Of a stretch of DNA of 64,000 nucleotides, positions 10,023-20,701 are shown piece by piece. The stretch covers positions 839-64,838 of the forward strand of contig NYZP01000001.1 in the NCBI GenBank assembly GCA_002687175.1. The letters run 5' to 3'. The position numbers were made by a program, and so were the translations under genes. Under the pieces are notes generated by a model. It had not been told where the DNA came from. It was given only the letters and a program-made list of their open reading frames with translations, and did not search any database. The number at the start of each line of letters is the position of its first letter. The stretch's first letter is position 1. This DNA is from Parcubacteria group bacterium (GTDB taxonomy: Bacteria; Patescibacteriota; Patescibacteriia; Buchananbacterales; UBA6539).

Positions 10023-10778
10023 ATGGATTTAACTCTAATCATCCCAGCTTTTCTTGCTGGACTGATAACTTTTTTAGCTCCTTGCACTTTACCGCTAGTC
10101 CCAGGTTATTTGGGGTTTATTAGTGGCACTTCAGTTGACGATTTGAATGATCCAGCTAAAAAAGAACAAGTTAAAAAGAAAATACTTAAAAATGGTATTT
10201 TCTTTGTTTTAGGATTTAGTGTAGTTTTTATTTTATTCGGAACTTTAGCTGGACTACTTGGACAAGCTTTAGTGCCATACAGAATTTGGCTGACTAGAAT
10301 AGGCGGGGTATTTATCATCATATTTGGACTTTTCATGGTTGGTGTCTTGAAATTACCATTTCTATCACATGAAAAGAGACTTAAGCTTCCTTCTTTTTTG
10401 ACTTTAGGAAAGCCAAGCAGTTCATTTATTGTTGGTAATGCTTTTGCCTTTGGTTGGACCCCTTGCGTTGGCCCTATTCTAGCCTCAATATTATTACTGG
10501 CTTCGTCATCCAGTACTGCCCTGCAAGGAGCTATACTCCTGGCAGTCTTCTCATTAGGTTTAGCCGTACCATTTTTACTGGTCGCCCTGGGGACTGGCCA
10601 CGCTGCTCAATATATAAATAAAATATCTAAATACTTAAATGTTGTTTCAATTATTGGAGGAGCATTTTTAATTTTACTTGGAATATTACTACTCGCCAAT
10701 AAATTTACTTTATTACTGTCGTGGGGTTTTAAACTATTTTCATTTTTTGGCTACGAGAGAATAGTCGACTACTTATAG
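10023..10778 (+). CDS. ccdA: CcdA/DsbD-type membrane electron transporter
   Basis: FLAPCTLPLVP, WTPCVGPIL, multi-TM. Confidence 0.9.
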   Translation: MDLTLIIPAFLAGLITFLAPCTLPLVPGYLGFISGTSVDDLNDPAKKEQVKKKILKNGIFFVLGFSVVFILFGTLAGLLGQALVPYRIWLTRIGGVFIIIFGLFMVGVLKLPFLSHEKRLKLPSFLTLGKPSSSFIVGNAFAFGWTPCVGPILASILLLASSSSTALQGAILLAVFSLGLAVPFLLVALGTGHAAQYINKISKYLNVVSIIGGAFLILLGILLLANKFTLLLSWGFKLFSFFGYERIVDYL

Positions 10779-10839
10779 CATAAAGATACTAATTTTTTAA
10801 GTTGTCTGATTAGTATTTTTTTGTTAGAATAAACTGACT

Positions 10840-11259
10840 ATGAGACTTATTTTAAAGGATAAAAACTTATACCTGATTAGATTTGATAGGGGAGATGAGG
10901 TAATCGGAAAATTAATTTCAGTTTGTAAAAAAAATAAACTATTTTCCGGATCAATATCTGGTCTAGGAGCAGCTAGTGAAATTGTAATATCATACTTTGA
11001 CATTAAAAAGAAAAAATATCTTGATAAAAAATTTAAAAGTAATTTAGAGATAGTTAGCTTAACCGGCAACCTAGCTAGCTTAGGTAAGGAACCAGTAGTT
11101 CATATTCATGGGATTTTCTCTGATAAAAATATGGAAACAGTCGGCGGTCATGTTCAAAAAATAGTTGTTTCGGTTACCTGCGAAATTACGATAATCACTT
11201 CCAACCAAAAAATTTATAGGCAATTAGATAAAAATACTCAACTAAATTTACTAAAATAA
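10840..11259 (+). CDS. PPC/DUF296 domain protein
   Basis: EIVSLTGN, HIHG, GGHV, TCEI. Confidence 0.85.
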   Translation: MRLILKDKNLYLIRFDRGDEVIGKLISVCKKNKLFSGSISGLGAASEIVISYFDIKKKKYLDKKFKSNLEIVSLTGNLASLGKEPVVHIHGIFSDKNMETVGGHVQKIVVSVTCEITIITSNQKIYRQLDKNTQLNLLK

Positions 11260-12902
11260 TGAGAGCTTCTGACCTATTAGTAAAATCTTTAGAAAACGAG
11301 GGCGTAAAATATATTTTCGGCGTTCCTGGTGAAGAAAACCTGGATTTTTTAGATTCATTAAAAAAATCTAAAATTAAATTAATAGTTACTCGCCATGAAC
11401 AAGCGGCTGGTTTTATGGCCGCGACGATTGGGCGTCTTACTGGTAAGCCAGGAGTATCATTATCAACGCTGGGCCCTGGTGCCACTAACCTGGTTACGGC
11501 CTCAGCCTATGCCCAGCTTGGTGGTATGCCAATGATGATGATCACTGGACAAAAACCGGTTAAGAAAAGTAAACAGGGTCAATTTCAAATAATTGATACT
11601 GTTCATATTATGGAGCCGGTAACTAAATATACAAAGCAGATTGTTTTTAGCGATAATATTCCTTCTTTAATTAGACAGGCTTTCCGATTAGCAGAAGAAG
11701 AACGCCCCGGAGCAGTCCACTTAGAACTACCAGAGGATGTAGCTAAAGAACAGGTTGATCAAAAACTGGTGCAAGTTGCCAAAGTAAGACGACCAATTGC
11801 TGAAGGTAAAGCAATTAAACAGGCAACAAAAATGATTGAGCAAGCTAAACGACCATTACTAATTATTGGAGCTGGAGCTAATCGTAAACAAACTTCCAAA
11901 ATGTTGAAACAGTTTATCAATAAAACTGGTATTCCATTTGCTGACACCCAAATGGGTAAAGGTGTCATTGACGAACGACATAAACTTTTTATAGGTACGG
12001 CGGCCTTATCAGAAAATGATTATGTTCATTGCGCCATTGATAGAGCTGACCTAATTATTAATGTTGGACACGACACTACTGAAAAACCGCCTTTCATAAT
12101 GGGTAAAAATAAAAATCAACAGGTTTTACATTTAAATTTTTTCGCAGCGGAGATTGATAAAATATATTTCCCACAATTAGAAATCGTTGGTGATATTGCT
12201 AATGCAATCTGGCAAATCAAGGAGAACATTAGGCCACAAAAAAAATGGGACTTTTCCTATTACTTAGAAATAAACAAAATAATTAATGCTGAAATAAAAG
12301 TTACTGAAGATTTAAAACGTTTTCCATTAACCCCTCAATATATTGTTGAAGAAACCAGAAAGGCCATGCCCGCTAATGGCATTTTGGCTTTGGATAATGG
12401 AATGTATAAAATTTGGTTTGCTCGTCATTATAAAGCTTATCAATCAAACACTATTTTATTAGATAATGCCTTGGCCAGCATGGGTGCCGGACTACCTTCG
12501 GCCATTGCCACCAAATTAATGTATCCTGAAAAAAAAGTTCTTACCGTGGCTGGAGACGGTGGCTTTATGATGAATTCTCAAGAGCTGGAAACGGCAGTGC
12601 GCTTAAAACTTAATTTAACTGTACTAATTTTAAATGACAATGCCTTTGGTATGATAAAGTGGAAACAACATTCGGAAGGTTTTAAAAATTTTGGCTTAGA
12701 ATATAAAAATCCAAATTTTGTAAAATATGCAGAAAGTTACGGTGCTAAAGGTTACCGAGTTTCTAACAAAGTGGATTTTCCCGACATACTCCAAAAGGCT
12801 TTAAAAGAAAACAAAGTTTCGGTTATAGAAATACCAATTGATTATACGGAAAATCATAAAATTTTAACACAAAAACTGAGTAATAAAAAATGTCCTAAGT
12901 AG
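11259..12902 (+). CDS. acetolactate synthase large subunit-like TPP enzyme
   Basis: FGVPGEEN, RHEQAAGFMA, GPGATN, GDGGFMMN. Confidence 0.9.
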   Translation: MRASDLLVKSLENEGVKYIFGVPGEENLDFLDSLKKSKIKLIVTRHEQAAGFMAATIGRLTGKPGVSLSTLGPGATNLVTASAYAQLGGMPMMMITGQKPVKKSKQGQFQIIDTVHIMEPVTKYTKQIVFSDNIPSLIRQAFRLAEEERPGAVHLELPEDVAKEQVDQKLVQVAKVRRPIAEGKAIKQATKMIEQAKRPLLIIGAGANRKQTSKMLKQFINKTGIPFADTQMGKGVIDERHKLFIGTAALSENDYVHCAIDRADLIINVGHDTTEKPPFIMGKNKNQQVLHLNFFAAEIDKIYFPQLEIVGDIANAIWQIKENIRPQKKWDFSYYLEINKIINAEIKVTEDLKRFPLTPQYIVEETRKAMPANGILALDNGMYKIWFARHYKAYQSNTILLDNALASMGAGLPSAIATKLMYPEKKVLTVAGDGGFMMNSQELETAVRLKLNLTVLILNDNAFGMIKWKQHSEGFKNFGLEYKNPNFVKYAESYGAKGYRVSNKVDFPDILQKALKENKVSVIEIPIDYTENHKILTQKLSNKKCPK

Positions 12903-12937
12903 AAAGTGACACAAAGAAATATAAATTCTAAATTAAT

Positions 12938-13019
12938 TTGTCATTGCGAGCGTAGCGAAGCAATCTCTACAAACTGAGATTGCCGCGTCACTCACTTCGT
13001 TCGTTCCTCGCAATGACAA
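12938..13019. repeat. REP/RPE-like palindromic element
   Basis: TTGTCATTGCGAG...CTCGCAATGACAA terminal IR with inner GCAATCTC/GAGATTGC IR. Confidence 0.8.
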
Positions 13020-13030
13020 TGGAGTACCCT

Positions 13031-14395
13031 ATGGCTTTGAAATCTATTAACCCAACCACCGAGGAGGTAATTGCTGAATACAAAGAGTTAACAAAAGAGC
13101 AAATTGATCAAAAAATTGTTACGGCCCAAAGCACCTTTGAATCATGGCGTAAAACGTCCTTTAGTCAAAGAGCGGAGCTATTGACTAAGCTGGCTAATAT
13201 TTTAAAAGATGAGGCTAGACCACTTGGTGAAATTATGACAAAAGAGATGGGTAAACCAATCACCCAGGCTATTGCTGAATCGGAAAAATGTGCCCTTGCC
13301 TGCGAATACTATGCTCAAAATGCTGAAAAATTTTTAGCTCCAGAGAAAATTGACACTGATGCCGGTGAAAGCTTTGTCCGATTTGATCCAATTGGCATTG
13401 TTTTAGCGGTAATGCCCTGGAATTTTCCCTTTTGGCAAGTACTGCGCTTTGCGGCACCAACTGTTATGGCTGGTAATGTTGGACTGCTTAAACATGCTTC
13501 TAATGTACAAGGGTCTGCTATAAAAATAGAAGAAATTTTTGAACTAGCTGGTTTTCCTAAGGGAGTATTTCAAAATTTAGCAATTGGCTCTTCGAAAGTT
13601 GAGCCAATCATTAGAGACGAAAGGATTAAAGCAATAACCTTAACTGGTAGTGAACCGGCTGGCATGGCCGTAGCTAAAGTAGCCGGTGAGGAGATTAAAA
13701 AAACAGTGATGGAACTTGGCGGTTCTGACCCATTTATAGTTTTAGAAGATGCTGATATTCCTAACGCTTGTGAAGTAGCTACCACTGCCAGAAATATAAA
13801 TAATGGTCAAAGTTGTATTGCTGCCAAAAGATTCATTATTGTTAAAAGTGTAGCTGATAAATTTACCCAGCTGTTTAAAGAAAGATTTGAGGCTATGATA
13901 ATTGGCGATCCTATGTTAGATGAAACAAATATCGGACCAATAGCAACAAAACAAGGTTTAGAAGAGTTACAAAGACAAATTCAACAATCAGTTGATGAAG
14001 GAGCCGAAATAGTTACTGGCGGAAAGCAGGTTGGTGACAAAGGATATTTTCTTCAACCTACAATATTAGATAAGGTTAAAAAGGGTGTCCCGGCCTACAG
14101 TGAAGAATTATTTGGTCCGGTAGCATCAGTGATTGTTGTCGAGAACGAGGCTGAAGCAATTGCCGTGGCCAATGATACAGACTTTGGTTTAGGAGCTTCA
14201 GTTTGGACAGCTGATATTGACCGGGCTAAAAAAATTATTCCCCAAATAAATTCCGGTGCGGTATTTGTCAATGGCTTAGTTAAATCAGACCCGCGAATGC
14301 CATTTGGTGGAGAGAAACGTTCAGGTTATGGACGTGAATTGTCACACTACGGCTTAAAAGAATTCGTCAATATTAAATCTGTATGGATCAAATGA
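13031..14395 (+). CDS. NAD(P)-dependent aldehyde (succinate-semialdehyde-type) dehydrogenase
   Basis: MPWNFP, TGS, ELGGSD, GQSC, EELFGP; ATG 13031 after GGAG. Confidence 0.92.
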   Translation: MALKSINPTTEEVIAEYKELTKEQIDQKIVTAQSTFESWRKTSFSQRAELLTKLANILKDEARPLGEIMTKEMGKPITQAIAESEKCALACEYYAQNAEKFLAPEKIDTDAGESFVRFDPIGIVLAVMPWNFPFWQVLRFAAPTVMAGNVGLLKHASNVQGSAIKIEEIFELAGFPKGVFQNLAIGSSKVEPIIRDERIKAITLTGSEPAGMAVAKVAGEEIKKTVMELGGSDPFIVLEDADIPNACEVATTARNINNGQSCIAAKRFIIVKSVADKFTQLFKERFEAMIIGDPMLDETNIGPIATKQGLEELQRQIQQSVDEGAEIVTGGKQVGDKGYFLQPTILDKVKKGVPAYSEELFGPVASVIVVENEAEAIAVANDTDFGLGASVWTADIDRAKKIIPQINSGAVFVNGLVKSDPRMPFGGEKRSGYGRELSHYGLKEFVNIKSVWIK

Positions 14396-14421
14396 TCTCA
14401 TTAACAATTAACCAATAGTAT

Positions 14422-14931
14422 ATGAAAAATAATATGCCCGCCAAAGGCGGGTCCGCCTCTGGCGGAAAACCAAAAATAGGACAAAAAGCACCAGCCATAA
14501 ATTTACCTGATCAAGATGGTAAAAATCACAAACTATCAGATTACAAAGGAAAAAATGTTTTAATATATTTTTATCCTAAGGATGACACTCCTGGCTGCAC
14601 TAAACAAGCTTGTGACATAAGAGATAACTTGCCAAAATTTAAAAAACTTAATGCCGTAGTATTTGGCATTAGTAAGGACAGTGTTGATAAACATAAAAAA
14701 TTTGCTGATAAATACAAATTACCATTCACCCTTCTTTCTGATGAAGATTTAAAGGTTTTAAAGTCTTATGGTGTCTGGGTCAAAAAAAATATGATGGGTC
14801 GAGAGTACATGGGGATAGTGCGAACATCTTTTCTTATTAACAAAGATTCCAAAATTGTTAAAATATATAATAATGTAAAGCCTCCTTTACATGCTGATCA
14901 AGTTCTATCAGATCTAAATATAGTTCTTTAA
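14422..14931 (+). CDS. bcp: peroxiredoxin Q / BCP
   Basis: YFYPKDDTPGCTKQAC. Confidence 0.93.
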   Translation: MKNNMPAKGGSASGGKPKIGQKAPAINLPDQDGKNHKLSDYKGKNVLIYFYPKDDTPGCTKQACDIRDNLPKFKKLNAVVFGISKDSVDKHKKFADKYKLPFTLLSDEDLKVLKSYGVWVKKNMMGREYMGIVRTSFLINKDSKIVKIYNNVKPPLHADQVLSDLNIVL

Positions 14932-14945
14932 AGGAGGGTCGAACC

Positions 14946-15113
14946 ATGATTATATGCAAATCTTGTGGTGGTTCCGAAAGATCAACTAAGAACAGAATGA
15001 ATCATGGGTCTGGATCTATCCAGGTAGTTTGTAAGAAATGTTGCGGCACAGGTGATGGCCTTAGTTGGTTTGACTACATATGTATACGCTTACTTGGCCC
15101 ATACTACAGCTAA
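14946..15113 (+). CDS. 55-aa DnaJ-like Zn-finger mini-protein
   Basis: AAGGAGG SD; MIICKSCGGS...VCKKCCGTGDG...; terminator 15135-15165. Confidence 0.65.
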   Translation: MIICKSCGGSERSTKNRMNHGSGSIQVVCKKCCGTGDGLSWFDYICIRLLGPYYS

Positions 15114-15193
15114 GGAATTAATCCTTAATGCAATGCCACTAGTAATTACTCTGGTGGCTTTTTTTATTACCTTAAATTTAGTATAATCTATAC

Positions 15194-16621
15194 ATGACTA
15201 AAGATAGTTTAGCCAAAAATACTACCTATTATACTGCTGCCTTAACGGTCCAGAAAATTCTGGCCTTTATTTATTTTTGGTTTATTTCTAACAGTTTATT
15301 TCCCGGACAACTGGGGCAATATATCTTTGCCCTGTCCTATACCACTTTGTTTTCCATCTTTGTCGACTTAGGTTTGTCACCGGTACTGACCAGAGAAGCA
15401 TCAAAATATAAAGATAAAGCCAATACTTATTTACGAAATGTCATTGGCTTGAAACTACCATTATCAATCATAACCTTATTGGTAGCTTGGATCACGATTA
15501 ATTTTACCGACAAGGAATCTGGGGTTAGGTTATTAGTTTATTTAGCCAGTATTATTATGATCCTAGATTCTTTTTCCTTAAGCTTCTGGGTAATCTTCCG
15601 CTCACGACAAAATCTAAAGTACGAAAGCATTGCCACTATCTTGGTCCAAATAATTATCTTTAGTTTAGGTGTTGTTGCTTTAAAAACTACTGGCGAGGTA
15701 AAACATTTAATTATGGCATTGTTGGCCGCTAGCGCTTTTAATTTTTTATTTTCTCTAATTTTAATTAAAGTAAAATTAAAGTTTTCCTTAAAACCACAAT
15801 TTGATCCAACAATCTACCGTTACTTTTTAAGAATCATCCCTGCCTTTGCTTTGGCTGGAATTTTTGTAAAAATTTACAACACTTCAGACACTGTCCTGCT
15901 GAGTTTTCTAAATTCTGATGAGTCGGTTGCTTATTTTGCTATTCCCGCAAAGGTAGTTTATGCCTTTCAACAAATAATCCCAGCCGCTTTTGCTGCCGTT
16001 ATATTCCCGGCCTTTAGCTATTATTACAAAACATCAAAGAAGCTTTTAACTCAAACTTTTGATAAGGCCTTTAATTACCTGACGATCATCAGTTTACCAA
16101 TCACTGCGGGCTTATTAATTCTAATACCAGAAATAATAAGATTAGTTTGGCCAAGTTATCACGTGGTTATCCCAGCATTTTTTGTCATGGCCTTAGCAAT
16201 ACCATTTATTTTTTTAGCCTTTCCAACAGGATATTTATTAAATGCTACTGACCGACAAAGAAATACCACCATTAATCGGGGAGTGGTGACTGTTTTAGCC
16301 ATTGTTTTAAATATCATCCTGATCCCTAAGTTGGATTTTTTTGGGGCCGGTATCACTTTTTTTGTAACTAATGTGGTTTTATTAATTCTTGATTTTATAT
16401 GGGTTAGAAAAGTAATTACTTTAAAAATTTGGAATATGACAATGTTGGTCTTTAAATCAGTGTCCGCAAGCGCTATAATGATACTGGGCATCTATTTAAC
16501 AAAACCATATTTCCACTTGATAATTTTAGTACCCTTCGGGGCGATTGTTTACTTTTTAACACTTTCGATGTTAAAAGGATTTAGTTTTTCAGAAATCAAA
16601 TCAATAACTAACAAAAAATAG
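15194..16621 (+). CDS. Wzx-like polysaccharide flippase (MOP superfamily)
   Basis: Many TM segments, DLGLSPVLTRE, upstream of glycosyltransferases. Confidence 0.85.
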   Translation: MTKDSLAKNTTYYTAALTVQKILAFIYFWFISNSLFPGQLGQYIFALSYTTLFSIFVDLGLSPVLTREASKYKDKANTYLRNVIGLKLPLSIITLLVAWITINFTDKESGVRLLVYLASIIMILDSFSLSFWVIFRSRQNLKYESIATILVQIIIFSLGVVALKTTGEVKHLIMALLAASAFNFLFSLILIKVKLKFSLKPQFDPTIYRYFLRIIPAFALAGIFVKIYNTSDTVLLSFLNSDESVAYFAIPAKVVYAFQQIIPAAFAAVIFPAFSYYYKTSKKLLTQTFDKAFNYLTIISLPITAGLLILIPEIIRLVWPSYHVVIPAFFVMALAIPFIFLAFPTGYLLNATDRQRNTTINRGVVTVLAIVLNIILIPKLDFFGAGITFFVTNVVLLILDFIWVRKVITLKIWNMTMLVFKSVSASAIMILGIYLTKPYFHLIILVPFGAIVYFLTLSMLKGFSFSEIKSITNKK

Positions 16622-16624
16622 CAC

Positions 16625-17812
16625 ATGGCAAAAAATTTAAAAAAAAGTCTGTTAATTACTTTAGATTTTCCACCAAATGTTGGAGGAATTGCTACTTATT
16701 ATTATAACGTTTGTAAAAATTTACCAGCCGATAAAATTGTGGTGTTAGCTCCCGAACAAGAAGGAGCTGAAGCTTTTGATCGCCAACAAAATTTTACTAT
16801 CATTAGAAAAAAAATCTTAAGTCAACTGCCAGAAAACTCTAACAAGGGGTTAGGCAAGATTTTAAAAGTGGCAAATTCTTTTCGTTGGATGTCGACCATT
16901 AAACATTTGGCACCAATTATCAAAAATCATCAAATTGAGCTGATCCAGGCCGGACAAGTTTTACCTATCGGAACTATGGCCATGGTTTACAGTAAAAGCA
17001 AAAAGATTCCATTCGTTTTTTATGCTCATGGCTTAGATATCATGTTGCCCCAGAATTTCAAACGAAAAAAAATGTTAGTCAAAAATATAATTGATAGTTC
17101 TCAAAAAATCATCGCTAACAGTCATTATACTAAAGACGAGCTGATAACATTAGGGGCCACTGAAGATAAAGTCATTGTAGTCCATCCCTGCCCAAATTTA
17201 ACTACCGAACAAGTTACCGATTGGAAAATTGAAGAGATAAAAGAGGACTTTAATTTAAAAAATAAAAAAATACTACTGACCGTTGGCAGATTAGTTAAAA
17301 GAAAAGGGCATGACTATGTTATTCAAGCATTACCAACAATTATTAAACAAGTGCCAGGCTTAATTTATATAATCGCCGGTAGTGGCCCCTATCAAAAAAA
17401 TTTAGAAAAATTAGTGAACCAGAAAAATTTAGGAGGTTATGTAAAATTTGTTGGTAATGTTGATCAAAAAGATTTGGCGGCTTTTTATAGTATATGTAAT
17501 GTCTTTACCATGCCGTCAAGACAATTAGCCAATGGGGATGTCGAGGGCTTTGGTATTGCATACTTAGAAGCAAATTTATTTGGCAAACCAGTCATTGGTG
17601 GTAAAAGCGGGGGAGTACCAGAAGCGGTGATTGATAGACAGACCGGTTTTCTGGTTAATCCAACTGATGTTGAAGAAATTGCCAAAGTATCTGTCAAGCT
17701 ATTGACCGATGATGCTTTAGCTGCCAAACTAGGAACCCAAGGGTTAGAGCGGGTGACCAATGAATTTGAATGGGATAATCAAACCGAAAAAATTAAAGAT
17801 ATTTTAACTTAA
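16625..17812 (+). CDS. glycosyltransferase family 4
   Basis: DFPPNVGGI, VGRLVKRKG, EGFGIAYLEA. Confidence 0.92.
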   Translation: MAKNLKKSLLITLDFPPNVGGIATYYYNVCKNLPADKIVVLAPEQEGAEAFDRQQNFTIIRKKILSQLPENSNKGLGKILKVANSFRWMSTIKHLAPIIKNHQIELIQAGQVLPIGTMAMVYSKSKKIPFVFYAHGLDIMLPQNFKRKKMLVKNIIDSSQKIIANSHYTKDELITLGATEDKVIVVHPCPNLTTEQVTDWKIEEIKEDFNLKNKKILLTVGRLVKRKGHDYVIQALPTIIKQVPGLIYIIAGSGPYQKNLEKLVNQKNLGGYVKFVGNVDQKDLAAFYSICNVFTMPSRQLANGDVEGFGIAYLEANLFGKPVIGGKSGGVPEAVIDRQTGFLVNPTDVEEIAKVSVKLLTDDALAAKLGTQGLERVTNEFEWDNQTEKIKDILT

Positions 17813-17818
17813 AAAATT

Positions 17819-18496
17819 GTGCCAGAAATCAGTATCGTTGTTCCAATTTATAATGCCCAAAAAACTCTGGAAAAATGTCTTTCCAGTATTTTTGACCAAA
17901 CTTTCAAAAAATTTGAGGTTATTGCAGTCAATGATGGATCAACTGATCGAAGCTTAAAAATTTTAAAAAATTATTTACAAAAAGTTACTATTATTAATCA
18001 AAAAAATAAAGGCGCCGCCATTGCCAGAAATGAAGGTGCTAAAATTGCCCGCTCACCATTTATTATCTTTTGCGATGCTGATATTACCATGAAGCCAGAA
18101 ATGCTAGCCACGATGATTAATGTTCTAAATAAAAAACCAAAGGCTTCGTATGCTTACAGCTCATTTAAATTTGGCTCTAAAACTTTTAAGCTGTGGCCAT
18201 TTTCCGCTCAGAAACTGAGGCAGATGCCATATATTCATACGGCTTCGCTGATCAGAAGAAAACATTTTCCCGGGTTTGATAAAAAACTAACCCGCTTTCA
18301 GGATTGGGACTTATATTTAACAATGCTTGACAGAGGATACCAGGGGGCATATATTAATAAAATTTTATTCACCATTAAACCAGGTGGAACGATGAGTAGT
18401 TGGTTACCAAAATCTTTTTATCATCTACCTTGGTTAAAAACCGTTAAAAAATATAAGCAAGCCGAACAGATTATTAAACAAAAACATAAAATATGA
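17819..18496 (+). CDS. glycosyltransferase family 2
   Basis: ISIVVPIYN, NDGSTD, DAD, QDWD. Confidence 0.9.
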   Translation: MPEISIVVPIYNAQKTLEKCLSSIFDQTFKKFEVIAVNDGSTDRSLKILKNYLQKVTIINQKNKGAAIARNEGAKIARSPFIIFCDADITMKPEMLATMINVLNKKPKASYAYSSFKFGSKTFKLWPFSAQKLRQMPYIHTASLIRRKHFPGFDKKLTRFQDWDLYLTMLDRGYQGAYINKILFTIKPGGTMSSWLPKSFYHLPWLKTVKKYKQAEQIIKQKHKI

Positions 18497-19170
18497 TGCG
18501 ACTTCAAAAATTTTTAGCCGATGCCGGTATTGCCTCAAGACGACAAGCCGAAAAATTGATTGCCGACAGGAAAATCATGGTTAATAATAAAATTGTCACT
18601 AAACCTGGCACCACGGTTGATCCAAGTAACGACCAAATCATTTATAATAATAAAGTGATTACTTTAAGCTCTAATAAAATTTATATTGCCCTGCATAAAC
18701 CGGTTGGCTACGTTAGTAGTTCAAGTAGTGAACAAGGCAAATCCGTTCTAGACTTAGTTAAAGTTAAAGAAAGAGTTTACCCGGTTGGTCGACTTGATAA
18801 GGATTCCAGCGGCTTAATTATTTTAAGCAATGACGGTGAACTGACAAACAAAATAACCCATCCCAAGTTTGGTCATGATAAAGAATATTTTTTGGTATTA
18901 GATCAAGATTTAAAATCCGAGGATATTAAAAAATTAGAAAAAGGCATTACTATGCAAGGAAAAAAAATTAAAGGAATAAAAGTGGCCATGGCCAAAAATA
19001 AATCAGCCCGTTTTATTTTACAAGAGGGGGTTAATCGACAAATCAGAAGGATGCTTGGTAAGCTTGGCTACACCGCAATAAAATTAAAACGAGTCAGAAT
19101 TGGTAAACTGGAACTTCAAGATTTAAAACCAGGCCAATGGAAAAAAATAAATAAGTCTGATATTTTTTAA
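18493..19170 (+). CDS. RsuA/RluB-family pseudouridine synthase
   Basis: S4 domain RLQKFLA, GRLDKDSSG, NRQIRRM. Confidence 0.92.
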   Translation: MMRLQKFLADAGIASRRQAEKLIADRKIMVNNKIVTKPGTTVDPSNDQIIYNNKVITLSSNKIYIALHKPVGYVSSSSSEQGKSVLDLVKVKERVYPVGRLDKDSSGLIILSNDGELTNKITHPKFGHDKEYFLVLDQDLKSEDIKKLEKGITMQGKKIKGIKVAMAKNKSARFILQEGVNRQIRRMLGKLGYTAIKLKRVRIGKLELQDLKPGQWKKINKSDIF

Positions 19171-19962
19171 ATGGCATCAAAAAATAAAATTTCAATTGTA
19201 ATTGTTTCTTGGAAAGTTAAAGATTTGTTAAATAAATGTTTGACCTCTATCTTTACATATCAACAAAATCTAGATTTAGAAGTGATTGTGATCGATAACA
19301 ATTCAAATGATGGTACAGTCGACATGGTTAAAAATAATTTTCCCAAAGTATTGTTAATTAAAAACAAAAAAAATATTGGCTTTGCTAAAGCCAACAATCT
19401 AGGGATTGCCAAGGCCAATGGAAATTATATTTTAGTTTTAAATCCTGACACAGAAATTTTAAAAAATACCATTCAAGAAATGGTCAGCTTTATGGATAAA
19501 AATCCTCAGGCTGGTATTGTTGGTCCAAAACATTTAAACCCAGATAAAACAATCCAACCTTCAGTCAGACGATTCCCCAGTTTACTGGCTGTCTTTCTAA
19601 TACTTATTAAACTGCCTAAAGTCTTAAACTTAAAATCAGTGAATAAATTTTTGGCAACCGACGTCGACTATAATAATACTCAACCAGTTGATCAGGTCGC
19701 TGGCTCATTTATGTTTATTCGTCAAGAAGTATTAGCTAAAATTGGTAATTTTGATGAAAAATTTTTCATCTGGTTCGAAGATGTTGACCTGTGTAAAAGA
19801 GCTAAAAGTGCTGACTGGCAAATTTGGTATAACAATAAATCGCAAATTATTCATTATGGGGGACAAAGTTTTAAACAAAGATTAACTGTTAAAAAACAAC
19901 TACTTTTCTTTAAAAGTGCCTGGTACTATTTCAAAAAACACGGATTTATCTATAAAAATTGA
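19171..19962 (+). CDS. glycosyltransferase family 2 (rhamnosyltransferase-like)
   Basis: DNNSNDGT, GFAKANN, LNPD, FDEKFFIWFEDVDLC. Confidence 0.9.
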   Translation: MASKNKISIVIVSWKVKDLLNKCLTSIFTYQQNLDLEVIVIDNNSNDGTVDMVKNNFPKVLLIKNKKNIGFAKANNLGIAKANGNYILVLNPDTEILKNTIQEMVSFMDKNPQAGIVGPKHLNPDKTIQPSVRRFPSLLAVFLILIKLPKVLNLKSVNKFLATDVDYNNTQPVDQVAGSFMFIRQEVLAKIGNFDEKFFIWFEDVDLCKRAKSADWQIWYNNKSQIIHYGGQSFKQRLTVKKQLLFFKSAWYYFKKHGFIYKN

Positions 19963-20275
19963 TTTTTATAGCGATAAAGGTTACAATATAAATATCACTG
20001 TTAATCTGAACCAAAGCAAGGAGACCCTCCTATGAGAAATAGAATCTTCAACCTAAAGAAAGGACGGTGATTATCTCTTCTTACAGCTCTGCTGTGAGTC
20101 GTACCTTGTTGTTTAACTGATCTTTCCAACTTCAGTCACTATGACTGTTTGGCACAACAATAAGCATACTCACGAAGGGAGGGAGGGGAACAAGTGTCGA
20201 AAACATCGGAAGTTGAAACACCTCTAGTTGTAGTATAAATTGTGGAACAGACGACCAATGGAGGATACTCAAGCT

Positions 20276-20701
20276 ATGCGTAAGACATTGATGTTTATGT
20301 GTACCTGCGCCGTAGCGCTTGCATTCGTTGCCCTGACGGCTGAGGCAGAGATTATATCTGTCACGAACAAAACCGCTATCGGCGTAACCACAGCGCAGGA
20401 CGCATCGAACCCAGCCCTGACGGCAACCTCGTATTGCAAGACTACGGGAACGATGATTGCAGCTATGCAGACGCAGAGTCCAGCTTCGGACATAGATCTC
20501 TTGCAGCTCGACACGGTCGAGAATACCACGGCAGAACCTCGCGACGCGGTCCAAGAACAGGAGGTCAGTGGCTTCGCCGCGAACATGAGACCGGCGATGG
20601 CGGACAGCTTCTTGCATTCGGCGATGATGATGGCCGAGAACTTGACGGCGAATCCCGCGAACACGGTAAATGAGGTGAGTGGCTTCGCCGCGAACATATG
20701 A
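20276..20701 (+). CDS. GC-rich secreted orphan with internal repeat; probably extends to 20814 across a frameshift
   Basis: GGAGG SD, signal peptide ending AEA, EVSGFAAN repeated twice. Confidence 0.65.
   Translation: MRKTLMFMCTCAVALAFVALTAEAEIISVTNKTAIGVTTAQDASNPALTATSYCKTTGTMIAAMQTQSPASDIDLLQLDTVENTTAEPRDAVQEQEVSGFAANMRPAMADSFLHSAMMMAENLTANPANTVNEVSGFAANI

Noticed and set aside
12980-13030. N-terminal extension of the aldehyde dehydrogenase
   Set aside because: Lies within a palindromic repeat; ATG 13031 has an SD and matches the family start
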